Shown here in pieces: positions 27,365-36,619 of a DNA stretch of 64,000 nt. The position numbers and the translations under genes were made by a program. Position 1 is the stretch's first letter, and each line of letters starts with the position of its first letter. Source of the DNA: an uncultured Gemmatimonadales bacterium (GTDB taxonomy: Bacteria > Gemmatimonadota > Gemmatimonadetes > Longimicrobiales > RSA9); assembly GCA_963708135.1 (NCBI GenBank), contig OY970192.1:4864001-4928000 (forward strand). Reading direction: 5' to 3'. Under the pieces are notes generated by a model. That model was not told the origin of the DNA. It worked only from the letters and a program-made list of their open reading frames with translations, and did not search any database.

Positions 27365-30013
27365 ATGGCTGATGCCAGTGGCCGCCTGAGCGCCGCCCTC
27401 TCGGGCCGCTACGGCATCGAGCGCGAGCTCGGTGAGGGCGGGATGGCCACGGTGTATCTGGCCGAAGACCTGAAGCACCGCCGGATGGTGGCGCTGAAGG
27501 TGCTCAAGCCGGAGCTGGCCGCGCTGGTGGGCGCGGACCGCTTCCTGACGGAGATCGAGACCACCGCCAACCTGCAGCACCCCCACATCCTGCCGCTCTT
27601 CGACTCGGGCGAGGCGGATGGATTCCTGTACTACGTGATGCCCTGGATCGAGGGCGAGTCGCTCCAGGGGCGACTCGACCGGGAGCACCAGCTTCCGATC
27701 GGTGAGGCGCTCGCGATCGCGGAGAAGGTGGCCGCGGCGCTGCAGTACGCGCACGAGCAGGGGGTGGTGCACCGGGACATCAAGCCGGATAACATCCTGC
27801 TCTCGCGGGGCGAGCCGCTCGTGGCCGACTTCGGCATTGCGCTGGCGGTGAGCCACGCCAGAGGCGGGCGCCTCACCGAGACCGGGCTCAGCGTGGGCAC
27901 GCCCCACTACATGAGCCCGGAGCAGGCCGCGGGCGAACGAGAGATCGATCCAAGATCGGACGTGTACTCACTGGCCTGCGTGCTGTACGAGATGCTCACC
28001 GGGCAGCCGCCCTTCGGCGGCACCACCGGCCAGGCGGTGCTCGCGCGCATCCTGACCGGAGAGCCCGATCGGCCCACCGCGCACCGACGCAGCGTCCCGG
28101 CCCACGTGGAGGCGGCGCTGCTCAAGGCGCTCGAGCGCCTTCCAGCCGACCGCTTCGCCAGCGCGGCGGCCTTCGCCGCGGCCCTCGAGAACCCGTCCTT
28201 CGGCGCGGACGCCCGCCGCCCCGCAGGAGCCGGCGCCGCCACCGCCGCGCCGCGGAGCTCGCCCGGGCGCCGGCTGCTTCCCTGGGCGATCGCGGTCCTC
28301 GCGGTGGCAGTCGCCGTGGCGTCAACCGTCTTCCGGCGCGGCGGTCCCGACCGCCATCCGCTCCGTGTCGATCTCATGCCGCCCGCGGGCACGGAGTTCT
28401 CCGAGTTCCGGTTTGCGGCTCTGTCTCCCGACGGGTCGAAGCTCGCGTTCGTCGGACTCCGTCCGGCCGGCGGGCGTGTGCTCTGGATCCGCGACCTCGA
28501 GAGCGGCCGCACGGATTCCCTTCACGCCGCCAGCGGCGCTCAGGCCCCGTTCTGGTCCCCCGACGGCAAGGCCATTGGCTACTTCGCCGCGGGGAACCTG
28601 CGGCGCATCCAGGCCGATGGCACCGCCGCGCAGTCGCTGTGCGACACTCCCGATGTCGGTGGCTCCTGGAGCAGCCGCGGCGCGATCGTATTCACCCGTC
28701 TCGGGCACCCCATGACCGTGGCTGCCGGCGGCGGCGCGTGCACGCCGGTGCGCGGCGCGTGGACGGACTCGTCGAAGACCGTCACTGAACCCGCCTGGCT
28801 CCCCGACGGCATCCACTTCGCCGCCACGGACGGGGGCATCAACATCGTGGTGAGCGACGTGGCCGGCGACGCGCCGCGGCTCATGATCGCCGATGCCGGT
28901 GACGTGCACTTCGTCGCGCCAGATCTCATCGTCTTCGCCAAGGGCAGCCCGGGGGGCGCCGATATCGTTGCCCAGCATTTCGAGCCCGGGACCCTCGCCC
29001 TCGTCGGCTCACCCACGACGCTCGCCCACGACGTCCGAGCGGCCAGCGGCGTCACCTCCTACGCCGTCACGGATAGCGCGCTGGTCTACCTGCATGCGAC
29101 CCGCACGGACCAGGGGCCGCTCGTCGTCGACGAGCGCGGGGTCATCGTGGACAGCATCGCCCAGCAGGGGTCCTGGACCTTGCGCCTGGCCAACGGCCAT
29201 CCCCTGCTGGCGCTGGCGGGCGACGGCGTCTGGGAGTACGACCTCGAGCGCCGCACCGCCGTTGTCGTGAGAGGCGCGAGCGCCATGTACGCATTCCCTG
29301 TGTGGAGCCCGGACGATACGATCCTCGCGGTCGCGCGCTGGAGCCCGCACTGCGCCGTGAGCCTGCTGCGGCTTCGATCCGGAACGGACACGATCATCGT
29401 CAACGAGCGGGAATCGCACCGCCGCCTGCTCTGTTCCTCCCCGAGCGACTGGACGCGGGACGGCCGCTTCCTCGTCCTGACGATGATTCCCGCAGGTTCT
29501 CCGGACCACGGAGAGATCTGGACCTACGAGCCGGCCACGGGGAAGCTCGACAAGCTCGTCGCCGTGGATGGGGCGGCCTCGGCAGGCGTGGTATCGCCCG
29601 ACGAGCGCTGGCTGGCCTACGTCTCCGACGAGACCGGTGAGCTGGAGGTATACGTGCGCCCCTTCCGCAGCGCGGGCGCCGCCGTGCGCGTGTCAACCCG
29701 CGGCGGCGGCAACCCGCGCTGGAGCGGCGACGGCCGCGCGCTCTTCTACATCGCGCCGGACGGATGGGTCGTGCGCGTGCCGGTCCCGGCGGGGCCCGAC
29801 CTGCGCCCGGGATCGCCGGAAGCCCTGTTTGCCGCCCCGCGGTGGAGCATCCGGCTGTTCGCGGATCAGGCTGGCGGACAGCAGCAGACGACCCCCTTCG
29901 ACGTGAGCGCCGATGGCAAGCGCTTCTTCGTGCGCCAGCGCAGCGAGACGACGCAGGCGGGCAACCTGGTCCTGGGCTGGCGTGCCCTGCTGGGCGAAAA
30001 GGCCGAGCCATGA
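27365..30013 (+). CDS. Ser/Thr kinase-TM-beta-propeller receptor (copy 12, 882 aa; divergent kinase subtype)
   Basis: GEGGMATVYLA, HRDIKPDN, DFG, GTPHYMSPEQ; TM LLPWAIAVLAVAVAVASTVF; RBS GGAGG. Confidence 0.95.
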   Translation: MADASGRLSAALSGRYGIERELGEGGMATVYLAEDLKHRRMVALKVLKPELAALVGADRFLTEIETTANLQHPHILPLFDSGEADGFLYYVMPWIEGESLQGRLDREHQLPIGEALAIAEKVAAALQYAHEQGVVHRDIKPDNILLSRGEPLVADFGIALAVSHARGGRLTETGLSVGTPHYMSPEQAAGEREIDPRSDVYSLACVLYEMLTGQPPFGGTTGQAVLARILTGEPDRPTAHRRSVPAHVEAALLKALERLPADRFASAAAFAAALENPSFGADARRPAGAGAATAAPRSSPGRRLLPWAIAVLAVAVAVASTVFRRGGPDRHPLRVDLMPPAGTEFSEFRFAALSPDGSKLAFVGLRPAGGRVLWIRDLESGRTDSLHAASGAQAPFWSPDGKAIGYFAAGNLRRIQADGTAAQSLCDTPDVGGSWSSRGAIVFTRLGHPMTVAAGGGACTPVRGAWTDSSKTVTEPAWLPDGIHFAATDGGINIVVSDVAGDAPRLMIADAGDVHFVAPDLIVFAKGSPGGADIVAQHFEPGTLALVGSPTTLAHDVRAASGVTSYAVTDSALVYLHATRTDQGPLVVDERGVIVDSIAQQGSWTLRLANGHPLLALAGDGVWEYDLERRTAVVVRGASAMYAFPVWSPDDTILAVARWSPHCAVSLLRLRSGTDTIIVNERESHRRLLCSSPSDWTRDGRFLVLTMIPAGSPDHGEIWTYEPATGKLDKLVAVDGAASAGVVSPDERWLAYVSDETGELEVYVRPFRSAGAAVRVSTRGGGNPRWSGDGRALFYIAPDGWVVRVPVPAGPDLRPGSPEALFAAPRWSIRLFADQAGGQQQTTPFDVSADGKRFFVRQRSETTQAGNLVLGWRALLGEKAEP

Positions 30014-30068
30014 CCCAACGACCGGCGGCCCACGGACGGGTGTCGTACACTTGCGCCGCGCTGGAGCG

Positions 30069-30602
30069 ATGAGCACTGCCGGCGACTGGCCGCGCCTCGT
30101 CCACCGCGCGCTCGCGGACGCCGGCATCACTCAGGTCGCCTACGTCCCCGACGCCGGCCACCGCCGCCTCATCGAGCTCTGCCACGCCGACCCCGCCATG
30201 CGGGCCGTGCCCCTCACCTCCGAGGAGGAGGGCGTGGGCCTCGCCGCCGGCGCCTGGCTCGGCGGCGCCCGCGCCGTCGTCCTCATGCAGTCCAGCGGCG
30301 TGGGCAACCTCCCCAACGCGCTCGCCATGGCGCAGGAGTGCGCCTTCCCCCTCGTCATCCTCGTCACCATGCGCGGCGAGGACGGCGAGACAAACCCATG
30401 GCAGGTGCCGATGGGCCGCGCCACCGGCCCGCTGCTCGAGGCCATGGGCGTCGAGGTCCGCCGCGTAACCGATCCAGGCGACGTCGCCGCCGCCGTCCGC
30501 CACGCGCTCGACCGCGCCTTCGCGGCCGAGAGTTCCCTGGCCGTCCTCATCGCCCAGCACATCATCGGCGTGAAGCAGTTCGCGGGCGAGGCGGCAAGGT
30601 GA
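30069..30602 (+). CDS. ThDP-dependent decarboxylase, N-terminal (alpha) subunit, sulfopyruvate/phosphonopyruvate decarboxylase-like
   Basis: YVPDAG, LTSEEEGVGLAAGAWLGG, LMQSSGVGN, NPWQVPMG motifs. Confidence 0.8.
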   Translation: MSTAGDWPRLVHRALADAGITQVAYVPDAGHRRLIELCHADPAMRAVPLTSEEEGVGLAAGAWLGGARAVVLMQSSGVGNLPNALAMAQECAFPLVILVTMRGEDGETNPWQVPMGRATGPLLEAMGVEVRRVTDPGDVAAAVRHALDRAFAAESSLAVLIAQHIIGVKQFAGEAAR

Positions 30603-31291
30603 GCCGGGACCTCGGGGCGACGGCAGCGGCAGCGGCGCCCGGCGGGGCAGGCGCGACGGCTGCAACCGCGCCCCCCGGCGAGGCAGGCCCCGGCAGCGTC
30701 ACCGCAGGCAGCGCGGCCATCCTCCAGCGCCGGGACGTCGTGGCCACGCTGCTCGCCGAGCGCGGGCCGCTCCTCGTCGTGGCCGGCCTTGGCGCCCCGG
30801 CCTGGGACGCGGCCGCCGCCGGCGATCACCCGCTCACCTTCCCGCTCTGGGGCGGGATGGGCCAGGCCGCCATGCTCGGCCTCGGCCTCGCCCTCGCCCG
30901 CCCCGACCGCCGCGTTCTCGTCCTCACCGGCGACGGCGAGATGCTCATGGGCCTCGGCGCCCTCGCCACCATCGCCGTGCAGCGCCCGCCGAACCTGGCG
31001 GTCGTCGTGCTCGACAACGAGCGCTATGGCGAGACCGGCATGCAGCCCACTCACACCGCCCACGGCGTGGACCTCGCCGCGGTCGCGACCGCGTGCGGGT
31101 TCGCGGCCGCGGCGACGGTGAGGAGCGCCGGGGAGGTCGCCGCGCTCCGCGTCGCCGTCCACGAGGCGGACGGGCCGATTCTCGCCGTGGTGAAGGTCGC
31201 CGCGGAGGCGTTGCCGCTGGTGCTGCCGCCCAGGGACGGCAGGCTGCTGAAGGAGCGCTTCCGGCGGGCGCTCGGGCCCGCATCGCGCTGA
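30599..31291 (+). CDS. ThDP-dependent decarboxylase, C-terminal (beta) subunit
   Basis: GGMG, GDGEMLM...VVLDN ThDP-binding motif, YGETGMQ; GTGA overlap. Confidence 0.8.
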   Translation: MSRDLGATAAAAAPGGAGATAATAPPGEAGPGSVTAGSAAILQRRDVVATLLAERGPLLVVAGLGAPAWDAAAAGDHPLTFPLWGGMGQAAMLGLGLALARPDRRVLVLTGDGEMLMGLGALATIAVQRPPNLAVVVLDNERYGETGMQPTHTAHGVDLAAVATACGFAAAATVRSAGEVAALRVAVHEADGPILAVVKVAAEALPLVLPPRDGRLLKERFRRALGPASR

Positions 31292-31538
31292 GCCCGCCGG
31301 GGCGAAGTCGTGAACTGCACCCCGCCGTCCTTCGCGTGGCCACCGGGGCCAATTGACGGCTTGTGGCGCCGCCAAGTCAGTCCCGGCAGGCCCGCCGGAC
31401 CGCGCCGGGGTCAAATCCACTGGTCCCGCTCGTGCGAGGTTGCCCCAACTCCGGACGGAGTCGGCGTTGGGGAAGCGTTCACGTCGCCCCCGCCGCAGCG
31501 GGCCTGGAAGCTACGAGGCCCGGTCGGCCTCCGCCCCG

Positions 31539-31606
31539 CCGGGACGCTTCGAGGTCTCGTCGCCCGCCGGCCGACCGGGACGCTTCGAGGTCTCGTCGCC
31601 CGCCGG
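31539..31606 (+). repeat. Direct repeat, 36-bp period, 2 copies
   Basis: ccgggacgcttcgaggtctcgtcgcccgccgg occurs twice, just past the 3' end of the DUF559 gene. Confidence 0.8.
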
Positions 31607-31616
31607 GCGGTCGAGC

Positions 31617-32516
31617 CTACGGGACCAGGGCCTGCGCGAGCCGGGCCACCGTGGCCAAGCGCCCGTCGTTGAGGTCCGTCCAGGTGAAGCGCAGCACACG
31701 GTATCCCGCGGCCGTCAGCTCGGCGTCCCGCCGGCGGTCGTTGACGAAGGCGCGCCTCGAGGAGTGAAATGCATATCCATCCACCTCCGCCACGACGCGC
31801 GCGCTCCGCCATGCGAAATCCACCTCGTGGCCGAGCACCCTCACGTTGAGCTCCGGGCGGGGCAGGCTGGCGCTCCGCGTGATCTCGAGTAGCCTCTCCT
31901 CCGCTTCGGAGCGCGTGAAGGACAGGCGCCCTTCGACGTCCAGTAGCTGCCGCAGCAGTGGCGCCCCGCGATGCTTCGGGTGTCGCTCGACCATCAGCCG
32001 CACGTCCTTACGAGTGACGAGGCCCATGCGCAGCGCCCTGGCCAGCGCCTGCTCCACCTCCCGGGAAGGGAGCGTCTCCGCGATGTCGAGCAGCGTCCGG
32101 GCAGGGGTCGTCACCGGAATACCCTCGCGAATCGTCACCTCGTCCGCCCACACGTCACGCCGGCGGTGGATCCGGACCCCTTTGAGTCAACGTCGCTTTC
32201 GGCGTGGCACGGTCACCTCCACGGTTGGGCGAGCGGCGGCGTCCAGCACGCCCTGCATTGCCGCCGCGCTCATGTGACTGATCCTGCCTTCCGGGCCACA
32301 CGCGAGCGTCGCGGCCGCTTCCGCGGCACATTCGGCCGGCAGCGGGCCGATCTGGTAGACGCCGCGCCACAACACCACGACGCGTCCCGCGCGTACCATT
32401 CCGTCGATCGTATGGGCCGTCAGTCCGCGGCCCAGGAGCTGCGCGCGCGTCGCCACCCCATGCTGTGAGGCACCCAGCTCCCGCAGGATGCCTTCGACCT
32501 CCACCCGCGTGCTCAT
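31617..32516 (-). pseudogene. AbiEi-like N-terminal domain + DUF559 (Vsr-like) nuclease with in-frame TGA at 32187-32189
   Basis: QHGVATRAQL, WRGVY, SHMSAA, VTTPARTLLD, RSEAE, EVDF, VAEVDG..H, DRRRD, GYRVLRFTW; track ORFs 32187..32630 and 31617..32153 share one frame (RKRR*LKGVRIH). Confidence 0.85.
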
Positions 32517-32822
32517 CCGTTCAAGTTTTCCATTTCTCACCGCTCCTCGCCGTTCCCCGCCTCGGCTCCGCTGCGGGCCGCGCGTCGGCAACTCCACCCC
32601 GGCAACCCCGGTCGGATCCTCGAGGCGCACTTGGCCGCTTCCAGTGCGGGTAGACCGTCCCCAAGAAGCGGTTGGATGACGGCGGGGCCGCCCCCACGCG
32701 CCATAGCAACGCCAAGTGGGCCCCGTTCCCGGTGATCTCTGCGACGGGGCATGGTCAACGGCGCACCGGAACCCACTCCGATACGCTCATCTCGCCAACG
32801 CGCCCGGGCGCCATCCTCCGCG

Positions 32823-33125
32823 TTGCCAGTCGGCACCCCCGCCAGCCGGCACCCCGCCAGCCGGCACCCCGCCAGCCGGCACTCCGCCAGTCGGCACCCC
32901 CGCCAGTCGGCACCCCGCCAGCCGGCACTCCGCCAGTCGGCACCCCCGCCAGCCGGCACCGCCAGCCGGCACTCTGCCAGTCGGCACCCCGCCAGCCGGC
33001 ACCGCCAGCCGGCACCGCCAGCCGGCACTCCGCCAGCCGGCACCGCCAGCCGGCACTCCGCCAGCCGGCACCCCGCCAGCCGGCACCGCCAGCCGGCACG
33101 CCGCCAGCCGGCATCCGCCCGCCGG
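32823..33125 (+). repeat. Tandem repeat array, unit ~GCCAG(C/T)CGGCAC(C/T)CC (13-16 bp), roughly 20 copies
   Basis: Directly visible; degenerates further to ~33200. Confidence 0.92.
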
Positions 33126-33322
33126 CACTTACGGCCCGGCACCCGCCCACCGGCACGTACGACCCGGCATCCGCCCGCCGGCACGTACGACTCGGCCCCC
33201 TGCCCGCCGACACACCGCCAGCCCTGAGGCCCCAGGATCGTGCGGCGGCCGGGGCAGAGCCATGGCCATCCGGGTCATGTTCGGCACGCCTGTACTCGCG
33301 CCGGTCAGGTCGTGCAAGATGT

Positions 33323-33356
33323 GCGTCTTGACACCAAGTGTGGTAACACCTATATT
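33323..33356 (+). promoter_or_regulatory. sigma70-type promoter of marR with tandem operator boxes
   Basis: TTGACA(33328)-17-TATATT(33351), 6 nt before the ATG; GCGTCTTGACAC-CAA-GTGTGGTAACAC. Confidence 0.75.
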
Positions 33357-33362
33357 CTCGCC

Positions 33363-33830
33363 ATGACTGAAACGCTTCGTGACGAGATCCGCCAGCGCCG
33401 CCCGTTCCAGAGCCTCGAGCAGGAGGCGCACCTCAACGTCGTCCGCACGGCGGCGGTCTTGAGCGATGCCTTCGAGCAGATGCTCCGGCCGGCGGGCATC
33501 AGCGCCACGCAGTACAACGTGCTGCGCATCCTCCGCGGCGCGGAGCCGGAGGGGCTCTGCCGCAACGAGCTGCGCGACCGGATGCTCACCCGGATGCCGG
33601 ATGCGACACGCCTGCTCGACCGCCTGGAGGCCGCCGGCCTGGTCACCCGCGCGCGAGAGGCCGAGGACCGGCGCCTGGTCACCGCCCATATAACGGAGCG
33701 GGGCCGCTCGCTGCTGGATGAGCTCGACGCGCAGGTCGCCGCCGAGCACCGGCGGCGCCTCGGACACATGGACGAGAACGACCTCCGCACGCTCGTGACC
33801 CTGCTCGGCCGCGTGCGGCAGGCCCAGTGA
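33363..33830 (+). CDS. MarR family transcriptional regulator
   Basis: [35 protein letters not shown]...ITERG wHTH pattern. Confidence 0.9.
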   Translation: MTETLRDEIRQRRPFQSLEQEAHLNVVRTAAVLSDAFEQMLRPAGISATQYNVLRILRGAEPEGLCRNELRDRMLTRMPDATRLLDRLEAAGLVTRAREAEDRRLVTAHITERGRSLLDELDAQVAAEHRRRLGHMDENDLRTLVTLLGRVRQAQ

Positions 33831-33865
33831 CGTTGGTCGTACCGCGTTTCGTCTTGGCATATCGC

Positions 33866-33892
33866 GTGTTGTAACACCAAGTGTCGTACCGC
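33866..33892 (+). promoter_or_regulatory. Putative MarR operator upstream of doxX
   Basis: GTGTTGTAACAC-CAA-GTGTCGTACCGC, same box-CAA-box layout as at the marR promoter. Confidence 0.65.
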
Positions 33893-33930
33893 TGAATGCG
33901 ACACCCAGCAACCGATCAGGAGACCTTCCT

Positions 33931-34410
33931 ATGTCGCTATTCCAGGCTCCAACCGCCCGCCGGCACGATGCCGGACTGGGGATCCTGCGCGCCACCGTCG
34001 GCGCGATCTTCGTCGCGCACGGCGCGCAGAAGCTGTTCGTCTACGGCTTCGCCGGCGTGTCTGGCGCCTTCGCTCACATGGGCGTCCCGCTGGCGGGCGT
34101 GGTCGGCCCGGCGGTCGCGCTGCTGGAGTTCTTCGGCGGTCTGGCGCTCGTGCTCGGCCTTCTCACCCGCCTCGCCGCGCTGGGCCTCGCGCTGGACATG
34201 CTGGGGGCGATCCTGCTGGTGCACCTCAAGGCGGGCTTCTTCCTGCCGGGCGGGGCGGAGTTCGCGCTCTCGCTGCTCGGCGCCTCAAGCCTGCTGGCCC
34301 TTTCCGGCGGCGGCGCCTTCTCGGTAGATGCCCGGCTCGGGCGAGGGGCGGAGGGTCGGGAGATGGAGGCGCCGGCATCACTGCCTGCGGCGACGCGGCG
34401 TGCCGCCTGA
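33931..34410 (+). CDS. DoxX family membrane protein
   Basis: [41 protein letters not shown]. Confidence 0.9.
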   Translation: MSLFQAPTARRHDAGLGILRATVGAIFVAHGAQKLFVYGFAGVSGAFAHMGVPLAGVVGPAVALLEFFGGLALVLGLLTRLAALGLALDMLGAILLVHLKAGFFLPGGAEFALSLLGASSLLALSGGGAFSVDARLGRGAEGREMEAPASLPAATRRAA

Positions 34411-34488
34411 TTCGGGCGCGAAGCACCGTGCTGGAGGCTGGAAATTCGTTGCTGGGGTGGCGGCGACGAGGGCGGCGCGGGCAGCGGC

Positions 34489-34627
34489 GCCATCCTCGTG
34501 GGTCGAGAAGGGCTGGATCGCGCGTCCCATCGAGGTCATGACCTGCGTTGCCAGGCGCTGCAGAGCCCAGTAGCGAAGCTTCTGGTTGGTGACCACGAGG
34601 GTGATGGTCGCGTTGTGGGTGGGGCCC
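34489..34627 (-). pseudogene. Fragment resembling the C-terminus of a P1/S58 (DmpA/NylC-like) peptidase
   Basis: NATITLVVTNQKL...LQRLATQVMTSMGRAIQPFSTHEDG resembles the family N-T-T...TN...RAIQPF.T..DGD segment; the rest is missing. Confidence 0.55.
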
Positions 34628-34850
34628 CCGCGGGAGGCGGATCCTCCCCCTGCGGCGCCATCCACGGCGGGCTCACGGGATGATGGCGCTCCACCCGCGA
34701 AGGCGACGGCGCTCACTCACGGCGTCTCGTAGCCGCGCTCGGCATACGGGACGTTAATGGTTCCCGGGGCGCCGCCGCGCACGTCGGCCGCCGCCACGTT
34801 CGAGGACCGGCTCATTGCGGAGGCATCGGGGTTGACCAGCAAAGGCGTCC

Positions 34851-36335
34851 TCAGGACGCGGCGCTGCCAGCCGAGGTGCTGGCCGTGATCGGGACGGGCG
34901 CGGCGTCGCGGGCCGAACGCGGCGATGTGGCCGCGCAGACACCGATCGTCACCGCGAGATTGAGAGCCAGCGCCAGGAAGCCGGCGTTCAGGCCCATGAA
35001 GGGATCGCGTCCTGACAGCATCAGGAAGGCGGCAGCGGCGATACCCACGGCCAGGCCCGAGAACACCCCGACGGCGTTGGCCCGGCGCCAGAAGAGCCCC
35101 AGGACCACGCCCGGGAAGAACTGCGCGACGCCGGCGTAACCTACGAGCAGAAGCGCCACGATCGTCTTCGAGTTCATGAGCGCCAGAACCACGGCCACGC
35201 CCATGATCACGACGGCGGCCCGCCGCGCCAGAGTGGCCACCTCCATGTCGCTCATGCCGGGCGCGAACAGCGGGCGGTAGAGGTTCTTGGCGAACAGGGT
35301 CGAGGCGGTCAGCGTCAGGATGGCCGAAGGCACCATCGCCGTGAGCGCCCCTGCTCCGCCCACGATGCCCAGCAGCCAGGGCGGGAACGTCTGCCGGACG
35401 AGCGTCAACAGGGAAAGGTCCCCGTTCGAGAGTCCCGGAACGACCAGCACGGCGGCGAAGCCGGCGAACAGGAGGAAGGGCAGCGTGAGCGAGTAGAGCG
35501 GCATGACCACGGCATTCCGGCGCAGGGTGTCCGCGCTCCGGGCCGTGAAGCTCGCGCCGAAGAGGTGCGGCCAGCAGAACCCTCCCAGCGCCGTGAGGAG
35601 CACCGTCGAGATGTACCAGCTGTGCCCCTGCGTCGTGGTGGCGCCCGGCATGGTGAGGTGCGAGGGGCTGGCGTGGATCAGCGCCCTGAACATGGGCCCG
35701 ATCCCGCCGAACCAGTGGAGCGGCACGACGATGCCGATGACGAGCGCGGCGCCGAGCATCAGCAGGTCCTTCAGCACGCCCACCCAGGCCACGGCGCGGA
35801 TCCCGCTCGCAAAGACGAAGGCCGCCACCAGGACCGCGCCGATGACCAGCGCGCCGGTGCGGCCGATGGCGCCGTAGCTCGACGCCTCCACGATGATCCC
35901 CATCCCGGCCAGCTGCAGCTCCAGGTACGGAATCGTGAACACCACTCCCGCCAGCGCGACCAGGGCGGCCAGCGCCACGCTGCCGTAGCGTTGGCGGAAG
36001 TAGTCCGACTCGGTCTGCAGGCCGTGCTCCCGCGCCACCTCCCACACCGGCGGCAGGACGAAGAACATCACGACGTAGGCCAGCGTGATGTAGGCCAGGA
36101 TGTAGAGGGTCGGTCCTCCGCGGGAGTACGCCCAGCCGCTCGCGCCAAGGAAGGAGAACGTGGTGTAGACCTCGCCCGCCATCAGGAGCCACACCAGCAC
36201 CACCCCGAAGCCCCGCCCGGCCACCGTCCACTGCTCCAGGTCCATCTCCCGGTGCGCGCCCGCCCGAAAGCCGATGAACGAGCCCAGGAGGATGATGGCG
36301 AGAATGATGACCAGCGCCGTGGCCGGGGCGCTCAT
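34851..36335 (-). CDS. Sodium:solute symporter family protein
   Basis: EQWTVAGRGFG, GEVYTTFSFLG, many TM helices, 494 aa. Confidence 0.92.
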   Translation of the reverse strand: MSAPATALVIILAIILLGSFIGFRAGAHREMDLEQWTVAGRGFGVVLVWLLMAGEVYTTFSFLGASGWAYSRGGPTLYILAYITLAYVVMFFVLPPVWEVAREHGLQTESDYFRQRYGSVALAALVALAGVVFTIPYLELQLAGMGIIVEASSYGAIGRTGALVIGAVLVAAFVFASGIRAVAWVGVLKDLLMLGAALVIGIVVPLHWFGGIGPMFRALIHASPSHLTMPGATTTQGHSWYISTVLLTALGGFCWPHLFGASFTARSADTLRRNAVVMPLYSLTLPFLLFAGFAAVLVVPGLSNGDLSLLTLVRQTFPPWLLGIVGGAGALTAMVPSAILTLTASTLFAKNLYRPLFAPGMSDMEVATLARRAAVVIMGVAVVLALMNSKTIVALLLVGYAGVAQFFPGVVLGLFWRRANAVGVFSGLAVGIAAAAFLMLSGRDPFMGLNAGFLALALNLAVTIGVCAATSPRSARDAAPVPITASTSAGSAAS

Positions 36336-36619
36336 CGCGACTCCTCCGGCGGGCCGCGTCGACTGTCATCGGGCGGCCGGCGCTCCGCGGCTGCCTCGGG
36401 CTCACCGACCCCGTCCCGCTCCTCGCCCGTCCGACGCTCCAGCCGGTACGCGCCCCACATGCACACCGGGGCGAGCACCATCCACAGCATGAGCCAGAAG
36501 ATGTTGAACGGCAGGCCCGCCACCACCGGGTGGATCCGATCCCAGACGCCGACCGTGAAGCAGATGGCGATGAAGGGGATCAGGCCGAGCGCGAGCGCCG
36601 GCCAGGAGGGTCTTCTCAT
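36332..36619 (-). CDS. Small 2-TM symporter partner (DUF3311-like)
   Basis: DRIHPVVAGLPFNIFWLMLW; ATGA overlap with the SSS gene. Confidence 0.8.
   Translation of the reverse strand: MRRPSWPALALGLIPFIAICFTVGVWDRIHPVVAGLPFNIFWLMLWMVLAPVCMWGAYRLERRTGEERDGVGEPEAAAERRPPDDSRRGPPEESR

Noticed and set aside
1..30013. Diversity-generating retroelement or invertase-driven shufflon as the source of variation
   Set aside because: No reverse transcriptase, recombinase, adenine-specific TR/VR pair or inverted cassettes are visible in the window
32187..32189. Selenocysteine or programmed readthrough at the in-frame TGA
   Set aside because: It falls in an Arg-rich linker rather than at a Cys-equivalent site, and I see no convincing SECIS; a nonsense mutation is simpler
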